The notes beneath the pieces are model-generated. The model worked only from the letters and a program-made list of their open reading frames with translations. It was not told where the DNA came from and searched no databases. DNA of 44,162 nt, from the IMG/VR virus record IMGVR_UViG_3300019875_000003, positions 1 to 44,162 of that record, one strand, 5' to 3'. The DNA comes from a virus (taxonomy: Duplodnaviria; Caudoviricetes). Below, one piece after another: positions 15,626 to 22,998 of this stretch (positions are counted from its first letter, which is position 1; every line of letters starts with the position of its first letter). The position numbers and the translations under genes are program-made.

Positions 15626-16519
15626 TCAGATCTTGTCATAGATAACGCCGTCGACATTGAAGTCGAGCCAAATAGCCTTCTCAATTCCTGCCACAAATCG
15701 CATACCCGATTCACGATCGCCTTCGAACACTCCGAAGTCCACATAACTATCTCCAGAGCCGTCGCAACTATCCCAAACCCAGCCTACAACAGCCCCTGGA
15801 GAGGATCTCTCCATCCCGAGCATGTCATAGACCTCATTGAGAAATAGATGCCCCTGTGCGCGTAGCTTATCGTTGGCATACTGCTGCTGACACTGGATAA
15901 ATAGCTGGTTGATTACGTGCGTCTTGGCCCAGTTACGATTGGTTTCGTCATAGAGACGGGCATAGATAGAGCCCTTGTCCGAGACGACGTCCTTAACCGT
16001 CTCAACTTTACCTGTTTCGTCGTCAAACACCTCACGCTCGGTCAGACCGTAACGGAACTCTCGATCCTTATCCACACCAAGCTCTACAGCTACACGCTCA
16101 CGATACGCACGGAATCCCTTATCTAGTGCAGCGTATGCAGCAGTCACAGCCATATTACGCTTAGTGAGAATCACATGAGACCCCGTTAGAGCCGCGATAG
16201 ACAATACGCCAATAACCACGGACGGAGCATATGCGCGAGTTACTTGGAAGCCAGTCCGAAGATAGATCTTTACGACATCCTGCTGACGGTCATCGTCAGA
16301 GTAGTCTTCATGATCGAGATTACGAGCCTTCTCCAAATCCGAATTAGCTTCCTGAAGAATTCCTTCGAGCTTGAGAGTGGCTCGGCTGGCGAGTACTGCG
16401 GCGCTAACAACTCCTACAACTCCAGCGCTGAAGAGCAATACTGGAGAATGCTTACGAACGGTAAGAAGCTTCCTTCCAACCTTGCTCGTTACAATGTTTG
16501 CTAGTGGCTTGAGATTCAC
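15626..16519 (-). CDS. Membrane-anchored protein (DUF6353-like), paralog of 18516..19289
   Basis: SPVLL..AGVVG TM, AAYAALDKGFRAYR, LFLNEVYDMLG...VGW; GTG start. Confidence 0.75.
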   Translation of the reverse strand: MNLKPLANIVTSKVGRKLLTVRKHSPVLLFSAGVVGVVSAAVLASRATLKLEGILQEANSDLEKARNLDHEDYSDDDRQQDVVKIYLRTGFQVTRAYAPSVVIGVLSIAALTGSHVILTKRNMAVTAAYAALDKGFRAYRERVAVELGVDKDREFRYGLTEREVFDDETGKVETVKDVVSDKGSIYARLYDETNRNWAKTHVINQLFIQCQQQYANDKLRAQGHLFLNEVYDMLGMERSSPGAVVGWVWDSCDGSGDSYVDFGVFEGDRESGMRFVAGIEKAIWLDFNVDGVIYDKI

Positions 16520-16520
16520 G

Positions 16521-16652
16521 TTAAACCTTCCCTAATTTTATCATTCTAAGTAAAGTAACATATACTTGTGCATCGGTCATTTTATCGACTTTGGCATACC
16601 ACTTTCTGTATGGATATGCTTGTTTTAGGAGCTCGCGCTCCGACATGGACAT
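16521..16652 (-). CDS. Small basic hypothetical protein (about 43 aa)
   Basis: MSMSERELLKQAYPYRKWYAKVDKMTDAQVYVTLLRM...; fills the gap between genes. Confidence 0.65.
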   Translation of the reverse strand: MSMSERELLKQAYPYRKWYAKVDKMTDAQVYVTLLRMIKLGKV

Positions 16653-16661
16653 TGCATGGCC

Positions 16662-17315
16662 TTAGTCGAGCTGTTCTGGTTTTGGAAGATCAAGAAGATA
16701 TCCCCCATTAACTCGACTTACACCAGCGCCCTTAAGCTCACGCCAACCCCAGCGCTCATCTGTGAACTTAGCCTCAAGTCCTACGAGTTCATACAAATCT
16801 GAGACTGTTGCTTGCTCATATTGACTAATAAGATCAAACAATCGATCAATAACTTCATCAGCCTCTGTACGTGTAGCCAGCACAATCTCATCAAAGTCGT
16901 GAGATCCTCTAGCACGACGAGATATAGTCGGACGTTCGTCACGAGGCTGTTGACGACTGAAGATACTACCACCACTGCTAGCGTATCGGTTATAGCTAAC
17001 AGGTCCTCCTGTATTCCCACGTAGACCTGAACGCCTTGGGCCATTTCGATTGCCCCCGAATAGTGTACGATCGACAGCCTGAGAAACTACGTCAGAGATA
17101 ACATCCTTAAACGCCGGGATAAGAACGTCCATAAGAATATAGCGACCTACACTGTCTGCATCTTCAGCAACGAAGGTTTGCATAAATCGCTTACCCAAAG
17201 GCATTCTACGTTGTAAAACTTTACCTGTGACAACCTTTTCCACTGTCTTCTTTGATGCTGGATTTACACGAGGTTGTTTAGAGTGACTATTAGATGGAAG
17301 TTCTTCGATTCCCAT
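16662..17315 (-). CDS. Hypothetical protein sharing a C-terminal motif with the DUF6353-like paralogs
   Basis: Start refined to MGIEELP (GAAAGAGG RBS); TVSDLYELVG...WGW. Confidence 0.8.
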   Translation of the reverse strand: MGIEELPSNSHSKQPRVNPASKKTVEKVVTGKVLQRRMPLGKRFMQTFVAEDADSVGRYILMDVLIPAFKDVISDVVSQAVDRTLFGGNRNGPRRSGLRGNTGGPVSYNRYASSGGSIFSRQQPRDERPTISRRARGSHDFDEIVLATRTEADEVIDRLFDLISQYEQATVSDLYELVGLEAKFTDERWGWRELKGAGVSRVNGGYLLDLPKPEQLD

Positions 17316-17335
17316 GAAACCTCTTTCATAAAATA

Positions 17336-17367
17336 AAACCAAAGCCCTTGTTTAGGGGGCCTGGTTT
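17336..17367 (-). terminator. Conserved-loop hairpin terminator
   Basis: AAACCAGGCCCCCTAAACAAGGGCTTTGGTTT followed by TATTTT. Confidence 0.7.
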
Positions 17368-17374
17368 GTGAGAT

Positions 17375-17626
17375 CTAAACGTTCTGGTTTCGGTCCGCGA
17401 CGAACTTCTGCCACTTTGCAATTACCTCATCAATCTTCGTGTCAGACCATTGCTTGGCTGCGTCCGCAGCGATTGCACCAATCACATAGCTCGCAATCAT
17501 GACGGCGGCCTTATCGGTCACCTTCTGCGGGTCTACATTGTTCTTGATGATCTCTCGGACAACAGTGGCAGTGGTCCCACCGACAATCAATGCAGCGATC
17601 GCTTTAGCGATTTCAGCTTTAGTCAT
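17375..17626 (-). CDS. Hydrophobic hypothetical protein (cassette gene)
   Basis: Start refined to MTKAEIAK with AAGGAG RBS; flanked by promoter and hairpin. Confidence 0.75.
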   Translation of the reverse strand: MTKAEIAKAIAALIVGGTTATVVREIIKNNVDPQKVTDKAAVMIASYVIGAIAADAAKQWSDTKIDEVIAKWQKFVADRNQNV

Positions 17627-17653
17627 GGGGTTCTCCTTCTGTGTAGGGGTCTC

Positions 17654-17678
17654 ATAACACCCCATGTTTTTTATGCGA
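17654..17678 (-). promoter_or_regulatory. Phage promoter motif
   Basis: TCGCA-TAAAAAACATGGGG-TGTTAT, then GAGACCCC. Confidence 0.75.
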
Positions 17679-17679
17679 T

Positions 17680-17802
17680 GTCGGGCACAGTTTCTCCTAC
17701 CACGACGGGGCGTGGGCTCACGTCGGCTGTCGTTTAAAATCAGCATCCGGGCAGAGTTTGATAGAGAGACCCAATCCCTCAAACTTCACTGCTGATTCCC
17801 CA
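17680..17802 (-). ncRNA. Structured intergenic element (candidate ncRNA or cis RNA)
   Basis: Stems AATCAGCA/TGCTGATT, AGTTTGA/TCAAACT, ACAG/CTGT, CGACG/CGTCG; four GCCC motifs. Confidence 0.45.
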
Positions 17803-17813
17803 TATCGATTTTA

Positions 17814-17906
17814 TTACTTAAGAATTCGCCAAATAATTAGGCCAACAAGCCAAAGACCTCCCGTTAGGCAAGTCATGACTAGATGGAATACGACCTTCAA
17901 AAGCAT
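17814..17906 (-). CDS. 30-aa membrane peptide, paralog of 20110..20202
   Basis: MLLKVVFHLVMTCLTGGLWLVGLIIWRILK; TAAGGAG RBS. Confidence 0.75.
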   Translation of the reverse strand: MLLKVVFHLVMTCLTGGLWLVGLIIWRILK

Positions 17907-17922
17907 AGTAATCTTCTCCTTA

Positions 17923-18498
17923 TTACTTTCCTTCCGAGCGTCGCTGCAAGGCAATCACGAGAACAGACTTTGGAAGAGAGCCGACGTCATATGAGACAAG
18001 CTTCTCGAACTCCTCGTAAGGCATGGCACGGAGCTCTTCCTCAGTGTATTCCTCAATCTTCTTTGTCGTAGCGCTTCCTTCAGTGACCTCGGGGGCTGAT
18101 GGCTGATTCTTCCCAAGATCTCCTGGAAGATTATTTGCGATGTCTGCCGGAACAACGCCCTTAATGAAATCGACTACAGAAACGGGATTCGTAAGGAGTT
18201 CAAAGAATAGAACTGAGTATGCGTCAGTCTGCATAAAGTCGTTAGTGATCCTCTCAGACTTCTCGAATCGTCGACCATCTTCAGAACGGCGACCAATCGT
18301 CTGCATAATGATAGATTTAAAGGCGATCATGATCTCACGCTGATCGTTAGTTTCAACAATCCTTCGAAGTTTGGTAGAAAGACCTCCCGCTTCCATCATT
18401 TCCATTTCGGCAATCTCTGCCTTATTCAAATTGAAATAAAAGTCCTCAGTAACATCGTTACCATCGAGGTCCTTATACGTAATGGTCTTCTTTAGCAT
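17923..18498 (-). CDS. Conserved phage protein (possibly tail-assembly-chaperone-like)
   Basis: MLKKTITYKDLDG...EDFYFNL, SEDGRRF, FMQTDAYS; AAGGA RBS; function tentative. Confidence 0.7.
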   Translation of the reverse strand: MLKKTITYKDLDGNDVTEDFYFNLNKAEIAEMEMMEAGGLSTKLRRIVETNDQREIMIAFKSIIMQTIGRRSEDGRRFEKSERITNDFMQTDAYSVLFFELLTNPVSVVDFIKGVVPADIANNLPGDLGKNQPSAPEVTEGSATTKKIEEYTEEELRAMPYEEFEKLVSYDVGSLPKSVLVIALQRRSEGK

Positions 18499-18515
18499 AT
18501 ACTTATCCTTTTAAT

Positions 18516-19289
18516 TTAAGAGAGTCGATTATAGAAACGAACTGGGAAGACACTGAAACCTACAGATATACATGGCGTGCCATCTTCTGCACCAGCATAA
18601 GAATATGTTAGCTTTAGCAATCGATCTAGATTCCATCCGACTTCATCAGAATTTGTCGTCTGGGGAAGTCCAAGTAGAGTATATAGATCCGACAATGCTG
18701 CATAGGAATCGTTAATAACTTGCTCATTGATGTCATTCTGAGCCTTACGAAGAGCCTCCATATCACTATTAAAATATCGTCCAGTGAACTCTTCGTAACA
18801 AAGGACAGATCCTCGACCAGTAATGATAACCATCTTATTATCAACGGGATCTCTATTGATACGTTCTACGGCTATCTCGTCACGAAGAGACTGTTCTTTC
18901 TTATCACCAAGTCGCTGAACGACCTTGTTTCGATATTCTTCGAAAGCTCTCTCAGATACAGAATACGCAACAGCAAGAGCCGCCGCTCGACGAGAACCAA
19001 TTCGATTGGCGCTAATGATTGCCGCGACTGTCAGTGTAGCTGAGACTGCTGCAGGAATATAAAACTTCCATACAAGTCTTATTCGATCTTTCCTAATTTG
19101 CTTTGAGTTGTCAGCCATCTCTCCTTTAAATTCGTCATCCATAATCATATCTGCAGCCTTGAAAGACGCCTTTCCCGTCAAATATGCAGTTGTCAATGCC
19201 CCCGTAACCCCAATTGCAGTTAAAATAGAGGGAGAGTTGTCAGTAACCAACTTCTCAAACCGCTTTGCGAGTTCACCAAGGGGCGCCAT
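18516..19289 (-). CDS. Membrane-anchored protein (DUF6353-like), paralog of 15626..16519
   Basis: NSPSILTAIGVTG TM, AYSVSERAFEEYR, LSDLYTLLG...VGW. Confidence 0.75.
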   Translation of the reverse strand: MAPLGELAKRFEKLVTDNSPSILTAIGVTGALTTAYLTGKASFKAADMIMDDEFKGEMADNSKQIRKDRIRLVWKFYIPAAVSATLTVAAIISANRIGSRRAAALAVAYSVSERAFEEYRNKVVQRLGDKKEQSLRDEIAVERINRDPVDNKMVIITGRGSVLCYEEFTGRYFNSDMEALRKAQNDINEQVINDSYAALSDLYTLLGLPQTTNSDEVGWNLDRLLKLTYSYAGAEDGTPCISVGFSVFPVRFYNRLS

Positions 19290-19479
19290 ATAATCTATTC
19301 ATCTCCTCTTCGTCATTAGGTTTACGCTCGAGTTTCTTATTGTAATCTTCAACTAGTTGGTCATTCTCCTTAGTCCACTTAGTTGCTCCCCAAACGAAAA
19401 GCACCAGAACTAAATCGACAACCATTAGGACTACAAATGTCTTACAGACAATGATAAAGGCATCTCCAAAATCTAGCAT
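19273..19479 (-). CDS. Membrane protein
   Basis: 68 aa; N-terminal TM; AAGGTG RBS. Confidence 0.7.
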   Translation of the reverse strand: MLDFGDAFIIVCKTFVVLMVVDLVLVLFVWGATKWTKENDQLVEDYNKKLERKPNDEEEMNRLYGAPW

Positions 19480-19505
19480 AGGCCCACCTTTCGTAAAAAG
19501 ATAAA

Positions 19506-19532
19506 CCTAAAGTCCTTGTTAGGGACTATAGG
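19506..19532 (-). terminator. Conserved-loop hairpin terminator
   Basis: CCTATAGTCCCTAACAAGGACTTTAGG followed by TTTATCTTTT. Confidence 0.75.
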
Positions 19533-19540
19533 CTGTATTC

Positions 19541-19708
19541 CTACTCGGGGTCCTGGGAATTGGATTCGATGGCACGCTGAACCAATATGGTTCCGGCGAT
19601 ACCGACAGCAGTAGCAGCAGCCATCGCAACGAGTTTGATGGTGAGTGCTTTCTTACTGACGATACCTTCGGAAGCAGCCTGGACAAGTGCGTCGTCGATC
19701 TTCTTCAT
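19541..19708 (-). CDS. 55-aa membrane protein (cassette gene)
   Basis: MKKIDDALVQAASEGIVSKKALTIKLVAMAAATAVGIAGTILVQRA...; TAAGGAG RBS. Confidence 0.75.
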   Translation of the reverse strand: MKKIDDALVQAASEGIVSKKALTIKLVAMAAATAVGIAGTILVQRAIESNSQDPE

Positions 19709-19735
19709 TGGTTCTCCTTAATAGGTTAGGGTCTC

Positions 19736-19760
19736 ACTATACTCCCCGTAATTTCTGCGA
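19736..19760 (-). promoter_or_regulatory. Phage promoter motif
   Basis: TCGCA-GAAATTACGGGGAG-TATAGT, then GAGACCC. Confidence 0.8.
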
Positions 19761-19774
19761 GGAAAAACCCAAAA

Positions 19775-19800
19775 CCAGACTCCTTGTTAGGGAGCCTTGG
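19775..19800 (-). terminator. Conserved-loop hairpin terminator
   Basis: CCAAGGCTCCCTAACAAGGAGTCTGG followed by TTTT. Confidence 0.75.
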
Positions 19801-19817
19801 CTTGAGATTTAGTAGGA

Positions 19818-20015
19818 TTACATGTCCGCCACGTGTGCGTTGTTATCGGCTAGAACCAACAGATCTTTTAGCACTCCAACTTCGTTCCAAGATAAAGTGA
19901 TGTCCACCTTGCTTACTGGGCGAGATATGATCAACTGAACTTCGGAATCCATCTTTAGAGCAACTACGATAGTCTGTCCATCGTCGTCAACAAGAACGCA
20001 TTGCGCTTGAATCAT
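19818..20015 (-). CDS. Hypothetical protein (cassette gene)
   Basis: 65 aa; GAAAGGA RBS. Confidence 0.75.
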   Translation of the reverse strand: MIQAQCVLVDDDGQTIVVALKMDSEVQLIISRPVSKVDITLSWNEVGVLKDLLVLADNNAHVADM

Positions 20016-20038
20016 GATGTTCCTTTCTATAGGGTCTC

Positions 20039-20063
20039 ATTATAGGCTATGCAAATTTTGCGA
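20039..20063 (-). promoter_or_regulatory. Phage promoter motif
   Basis: TCGCA-AAATTTGCATAGCC-TATAAT, then GAGACCC. Confidence 0.8.
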
Positions 20064-20095
20064 AAACCTAAGCCCGTGTTAGGGGCTGTTGGTTT
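20064..20095 (-). terminator. Conserved-loop hairpin terminator
   Basis: AAACCAACAGCCCCTAACACGGGCTTAGGTTT. Confidence 0.7.
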
Positions 20096-20109
20096 AGATC
20101 TCTTAGAAG

Positions 20110-20202
20110 TTACTTGATTAGGAAACGTATTCCAAGTATCACCAGCCACAAGCCGCCTGTTAGGGCAGTCAGGACGAGATGAAACAGAACTTTTCCAATC
20201 AT
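20110..20202 (-). CDS. 30-aa membrane peptide (cassette gene), paralog of 17814..17906
   Basis: MIGKVLFHLVLTALTGGLWLVILGIRFLIK; GAAAGGA RBS. Confidence 0.75.
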   Translation of the reverse strand: MIGKVLFHLVLTALTGGLWLVILGIRFLIK

Positions 20203-20226
20203 TGGTATTCCTTTCGTAGAGGTCTC

Positions 20227-20251
20227 ATTAAAGCCCGTGTAAACCTTGCGA
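20227..20251 (-). promoter_or_regulatory. Phage promoter motif
   Basis: TCGCA-AGGTTTACACGGGC-TTTAAT, then GAGACC. Confidence 0.75.
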
Positions 20252-20276
20252 GCAAAAACTAAAATCCTTGTAGAAA

Positions 20277-20307
20277 ACACAGAGCCCTTGTTTAAGGGGC
20301 CCTGTGT
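20277..20307 (-). terminator. Conserved-loop hairpin terminator
   Basis: ACACAGGGCCCCTTAAACAAGGGCTCTGTGT followed by TTT. Confidence 0.75.
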
Positions 20308-20330
20308 CGTTCCATAACAACGATTAAATG

Positions 20331-20723
20331 TCATTTGAGTCTTGTTACAAACCCGAGAGCTTTTGAAGTTATTACATTTACTCGTTCATAGCCAACTATG
20401 ATCACGATTCCGAGTACGTGTCCTCCGATAGTAGCCCAGGTATCCAAACCAATCCGATTCGGTCGGTCAAGTTCCTTTCGCTTCAAAAGAGTCTCTATAC
20501 TTCTAAGTTCGCAAACGGCTTCAGTTTCCGCCTGCTTACTTTTAAGCTCAAGCTCTTTCAAACGTAATTGGTCCTCAATCTCCTTCATCTTGTATAGTTT
20601 GACTAGCTGATTCGCCATCAAAGAATACTCATCTGAATCGCATTCAACGTCTAGCATACAAACGAAAAGACGATTAATAGCTTCTTGAAGCGCTGTTGGG
20701 TTTTCATAATCATCAACAGACAT
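20331..20723 (-). CDS. Coiled-coil protein with a C-terminal TM segment (cassette gene)
   Basis: 130 aa; AAGGAGG RBS; GIVIIVGYE...VITSKALGF. Confidence 0.8.
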   Translation of the reverse strand: MSVDDYENPTALQEAINRLFVCMLDVECDSDEYSLMANQLVKLYKMKEIEDQLRLKELELKSKQAETEAVCELRSIETLLKRKELDRPNRIGLDTWATIGGHVLGIVIIVGYERVNVITSKALGFVTRLK

Positions 20724-20745
20724 ACATCCTCCTTATTAGGGTCTC

Positions 20746-20770
20746 ACTATAGAAGATGTTTTGCCCGCGA
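20746..20770 (-). promoter_or_regulatory. Phage promoter motif (first one after the structural/lysis operon)
   Basis: TCGCG-GGCAAAACATCTTC-TATAGT, then GAGACCC. Confidence 0.8.
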
Positions 20771-20771
20771 A

Positions 20772-21425
20772 TTATGGAGAAGGTGGAGTCCTAAGCATTT
20801 TAAAAACAAGAGCTTTCTTGGTGTCCAAAGCATGAATATCAAGATCTTTTATTCTCATAGAAGAGCCATCCTCAGTCTCTTCAATCAATAGAGATCCATC
20901 GAATCGAGATTCAGTTTCATTATACGTCTTAGATGAGAATCCAAGCAATATACCAAGAAAAACTGCAATTGCAGCCATAGTTCCACTTACTTTATCCGCG
21001 TTTGGAAGGCCCCAAATCAAGGACAACGTGAAATATAGCGTTGAGAAACCAGGAAGTCCAATTTGAACAACCTTTTTCATCATTTGATATAGACGCTCAT
21101 TTAGCAACATTCTTAATACCAGCTTTCTTGTAGAATTGGTTCTCCAAATATAGAAAGCCATTGAAGATGTAGATCCGGCTATTCCTGTATACACTAGAGC
21201 ACTTACCCAGAAAATAACTAAAGCATCAGGATGCCAAATCGTGAACAATACGCCTATATCAAATGCTGAAGCAAAAGATATAGCCTGCCACATAAACAAC
21301 TTACCAACCGGTCTTAACTGCCATTGGGAGAACGAGTAAATAATTGGAACTGTTGTAACACATATGGCCGTTATAATTATAACGACATTGATCCACGCAC
21401 GAAGAACATCGACATCTCGTGTCAC
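20772..21425 (-). CDS. Holin (N-terminal 3-TM domain fused to a Dp-1-like holin)
   Basis: Second half MLLNERLYQMMK.VVQIGLPG..TLY..LS.IWGLP...V.GT..AI.VFLGILLG.S resembles Dp-1-family holins. Confidence 0.7.
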   Translation of the reverse strand: MTRDVDVLRAWINVVIIITAICVTTVPIIYSFSQWQLRPVGKLFMWQAISFASAFDIGVLFTIWHPDALVIFWVSALVYTGIAGSTSSMAFYIWRTNSTRKLVLRMLLNERLYQMMKKVVQIGLPGFSTLYFTLSLIWGLPNADKVSGTMAAIAVFLGILLGFSSKTYNETESRFDGSLLIEETEDGSSMRIKDLDIHALDTKKALVFKMLRTPPSP

Positions 21426-21625
21426 GCGGACCTACCTCTCCCCCTAAGAACTATTTGTTCCAATTCTTCAGCAAAATGATTCTGCTGACGAAGTTCTCGT
21501 AAAGCCTCAGCAACACGGGTTATTTCTTGGCTGCGGCTTTTAATCCTATTAAGATGAACCTCAGCGTCTTCCACAGCTTTCTGTGATTCTTCTCCATTAT
21601 CATTATCTCTTCGTCGGAACCACAT
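21422..21625 (-). CDS. Small coiled-coil protein of the lysis/membrane cluster
   Basis: Start refined to MWFRRR with AGGAGGAG RBS; QNHFAEE. Confidence 0.7.
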   Translation of the reverse strand: MWFRRRDNDNGEESQKAVEDAEVHLNRIKSRSQEITRVAEALRELRQQNHFAEELEQIVLRGRGRSA

Positions 21626-21902
21626 GGGCTCCTCCTGATTTTTTTTGGTCGCCAGTAGCCTCAAACAAAGCGACAATGACAGAATGTGTTAACTTGGCTA
21701 GTTCAAGAAGTTCTCGAGTTTGTGAATCGGATTCAATTCGAGCATCTCTTTCAGCCTCGTAGGCTTTTTGCCATCTCTCAGATTCAGCAGCTTTTTCCTT
21801 ATAGGTTGACCTGGGAATCAGGTAACCCAAGAAAACCATAAGGACGGCAAGACCAACAAGTGTCGCGGAAGTTAGATTAGCTATTGGAATGCCGTCCAAC
21901 AT
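21603..21902 (-). CDS. Membrane protein (holin-associated)
   Basis: N-terminal TM, G.LIPR, WQKAY coiled coil. Confidence 0.7.
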   Translation of the reverse strand: MLDGIPIANLTSATLVGLAVLMVFLGYLIPRSTYKEKAAESERWQKAYEAERDARIESDSQTRELLELAKLTHSVIVALFEATGDQKKSGGAHVVPTKR

Positions 21903-21905
21903 TAG

Positions 21906-22727
21906 TTACTGACTCTCCTTCCAGCGTCCAAGAACTTTAACCCAAGACCTAGCAACCTTCCAAGTCCCACCACTTCTAACGTATGGAACCGCAGATTTCC
22001 AAACGCCAGAACTAAAAACGCGAGCTCCTGCTATTGTCGTTTCATTTCCTATCGAGGAATATGGGCCATCCCCAACTGAGTTTGTAGCTTTTACTTTGAA
22101 GTAATATTTTACTCCAGGGGTAAGACCAGTAATAGTCTTTGAGGTACCACTAGTAGTTGTGGTACTTCCAGTAGCATCTGTGGCGGTTCCATAACTAACA
22201 GTATAGCTAGTATTTGGAAGTCCATCTGCAGGATTAGGACTCCATTCAACTACTATAGATACTTGACTTTTGTTGAATGATACTGGCGTACTAGGAGCAT
22301 TTGGATTTCTTGGAATTGTTGGAAGAGTCCAAAGATCTGCACCATTGGATTCGAAGTTTGGGCCTCCGCCTTCCCAACCACGCATGGATACCGCTGCAGT
22401 AAAGGTTTTTGTTCCGTCTGTATTGTGCGGAATATTAAGCGAGCCAACAGCGACTTGTAGAACTGGATGATCAGTAGATGGGGTTAAGTGGCTAGAACTA
22501 AATACGTGTACGTTATCGCCAGGACCTGACGACGAATAAATAAATACATCATTTATTACAGCAATACCAGCACGAAGTCCTCGACATGTACTTACTGGAT
22601 ATAACCATCCCACCTGCCAGTTAACCGTGGAATAATTACCAGGAATATTTTGAGATGCCAACTGCCAATTCATATAAACTCGTTCGCCAGATAGAGCATC
22701 TCCAAGAATAAAACCGCTGGTGGTCAT
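21906..22727 (-). CDS. Minor tail protein with a fibronectin type III domain
   Basis: QNIPGNYSTV.W, IPHNTDGTKTF, LPTIPR, GLTPGVKYYFKVKATNSVGDGPYS (FN3). Confidence 0.8.
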   Translation of the reverse strand: MTTSGFILGDALSGERVYMNWQLASQNIPGNYSTVNWQVGWLYPVSTCRGLRAGIAVINDVFIYSSSGPGDNVHVFSSSHLTPSTDHPVLQVAVGSLNIPHNTDGTKTFTAAVSMRGWEGGGPNFESNGADLWTLPTIPRNPNAPSTPVSFNKSQVSIVVEWSPNPADGLPNTSYTVSYGTATDATGSTTTTSGTSKTITGLTPGVKYYFKVKATNSVGDGPYSSIGNETTIAGARVFSSGVWKSAVPYVRSGGTWKVARSWVKVLGRWKESQ

Positions 22728-22743
22728 GAGTCACCTCCAATCT

Positions 22744-22983
22744 TTATGGAAGAATCTTAAAATAGATATCGCCGTCATTTCCACCAGAAGGTTCACCAGT
22801 TCCAGACGATATTCCTGACGCTGTTCGGAAGTTGGCTTTACCTACAGGAACCAACGCCTTTACTTGCGCTACTTCGTCTCGAGTACGATTAATTTCTTGA
22901 GCCCCTAGTCGAACGCGACCTTCTTCTCCTGTGTTTGGAACGATAGGATATCCGGCCGCAGAAGCATCATCGCCAATAGCCAT
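22744..22983 (-). CDS. Small minor tail protein
   Basis: EINRTRD, GTGEPSGGNDGDIYF. Confidence 0.7.
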   Translation of the reverse strand: MAIGDDASAAGYPIVPNTGEEGRVRLGAQEINRTRDEVAQVKALVPVGKANFRTASGISSGTGEPSGGNDGDIYFKILP

Positions 22984-22998
22984 TCTACACATCCTTAC

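Noticed and set aside
17690-17750. Hammerhead ribozyme (CTGAT...GAAAC on the minus strand)
   Set aside because: The core reads CTGATTT rather than CTGANGA, and the stems do not match hammerhead topology
20203-20334. N-terminal extension of ORF 20110..20334 (likewise 17627..17782 and 7257..7286)
   Set aside because: The extensions span terminator and promoter motifs; strong RBSs indicate the downstream starts
19500-20770. Repeated motifs as a CRISPR array
   Set aside because: Repeats are degenerate, irregularly spaced (about 190-520 nt) and separated by ORFs with RBSs
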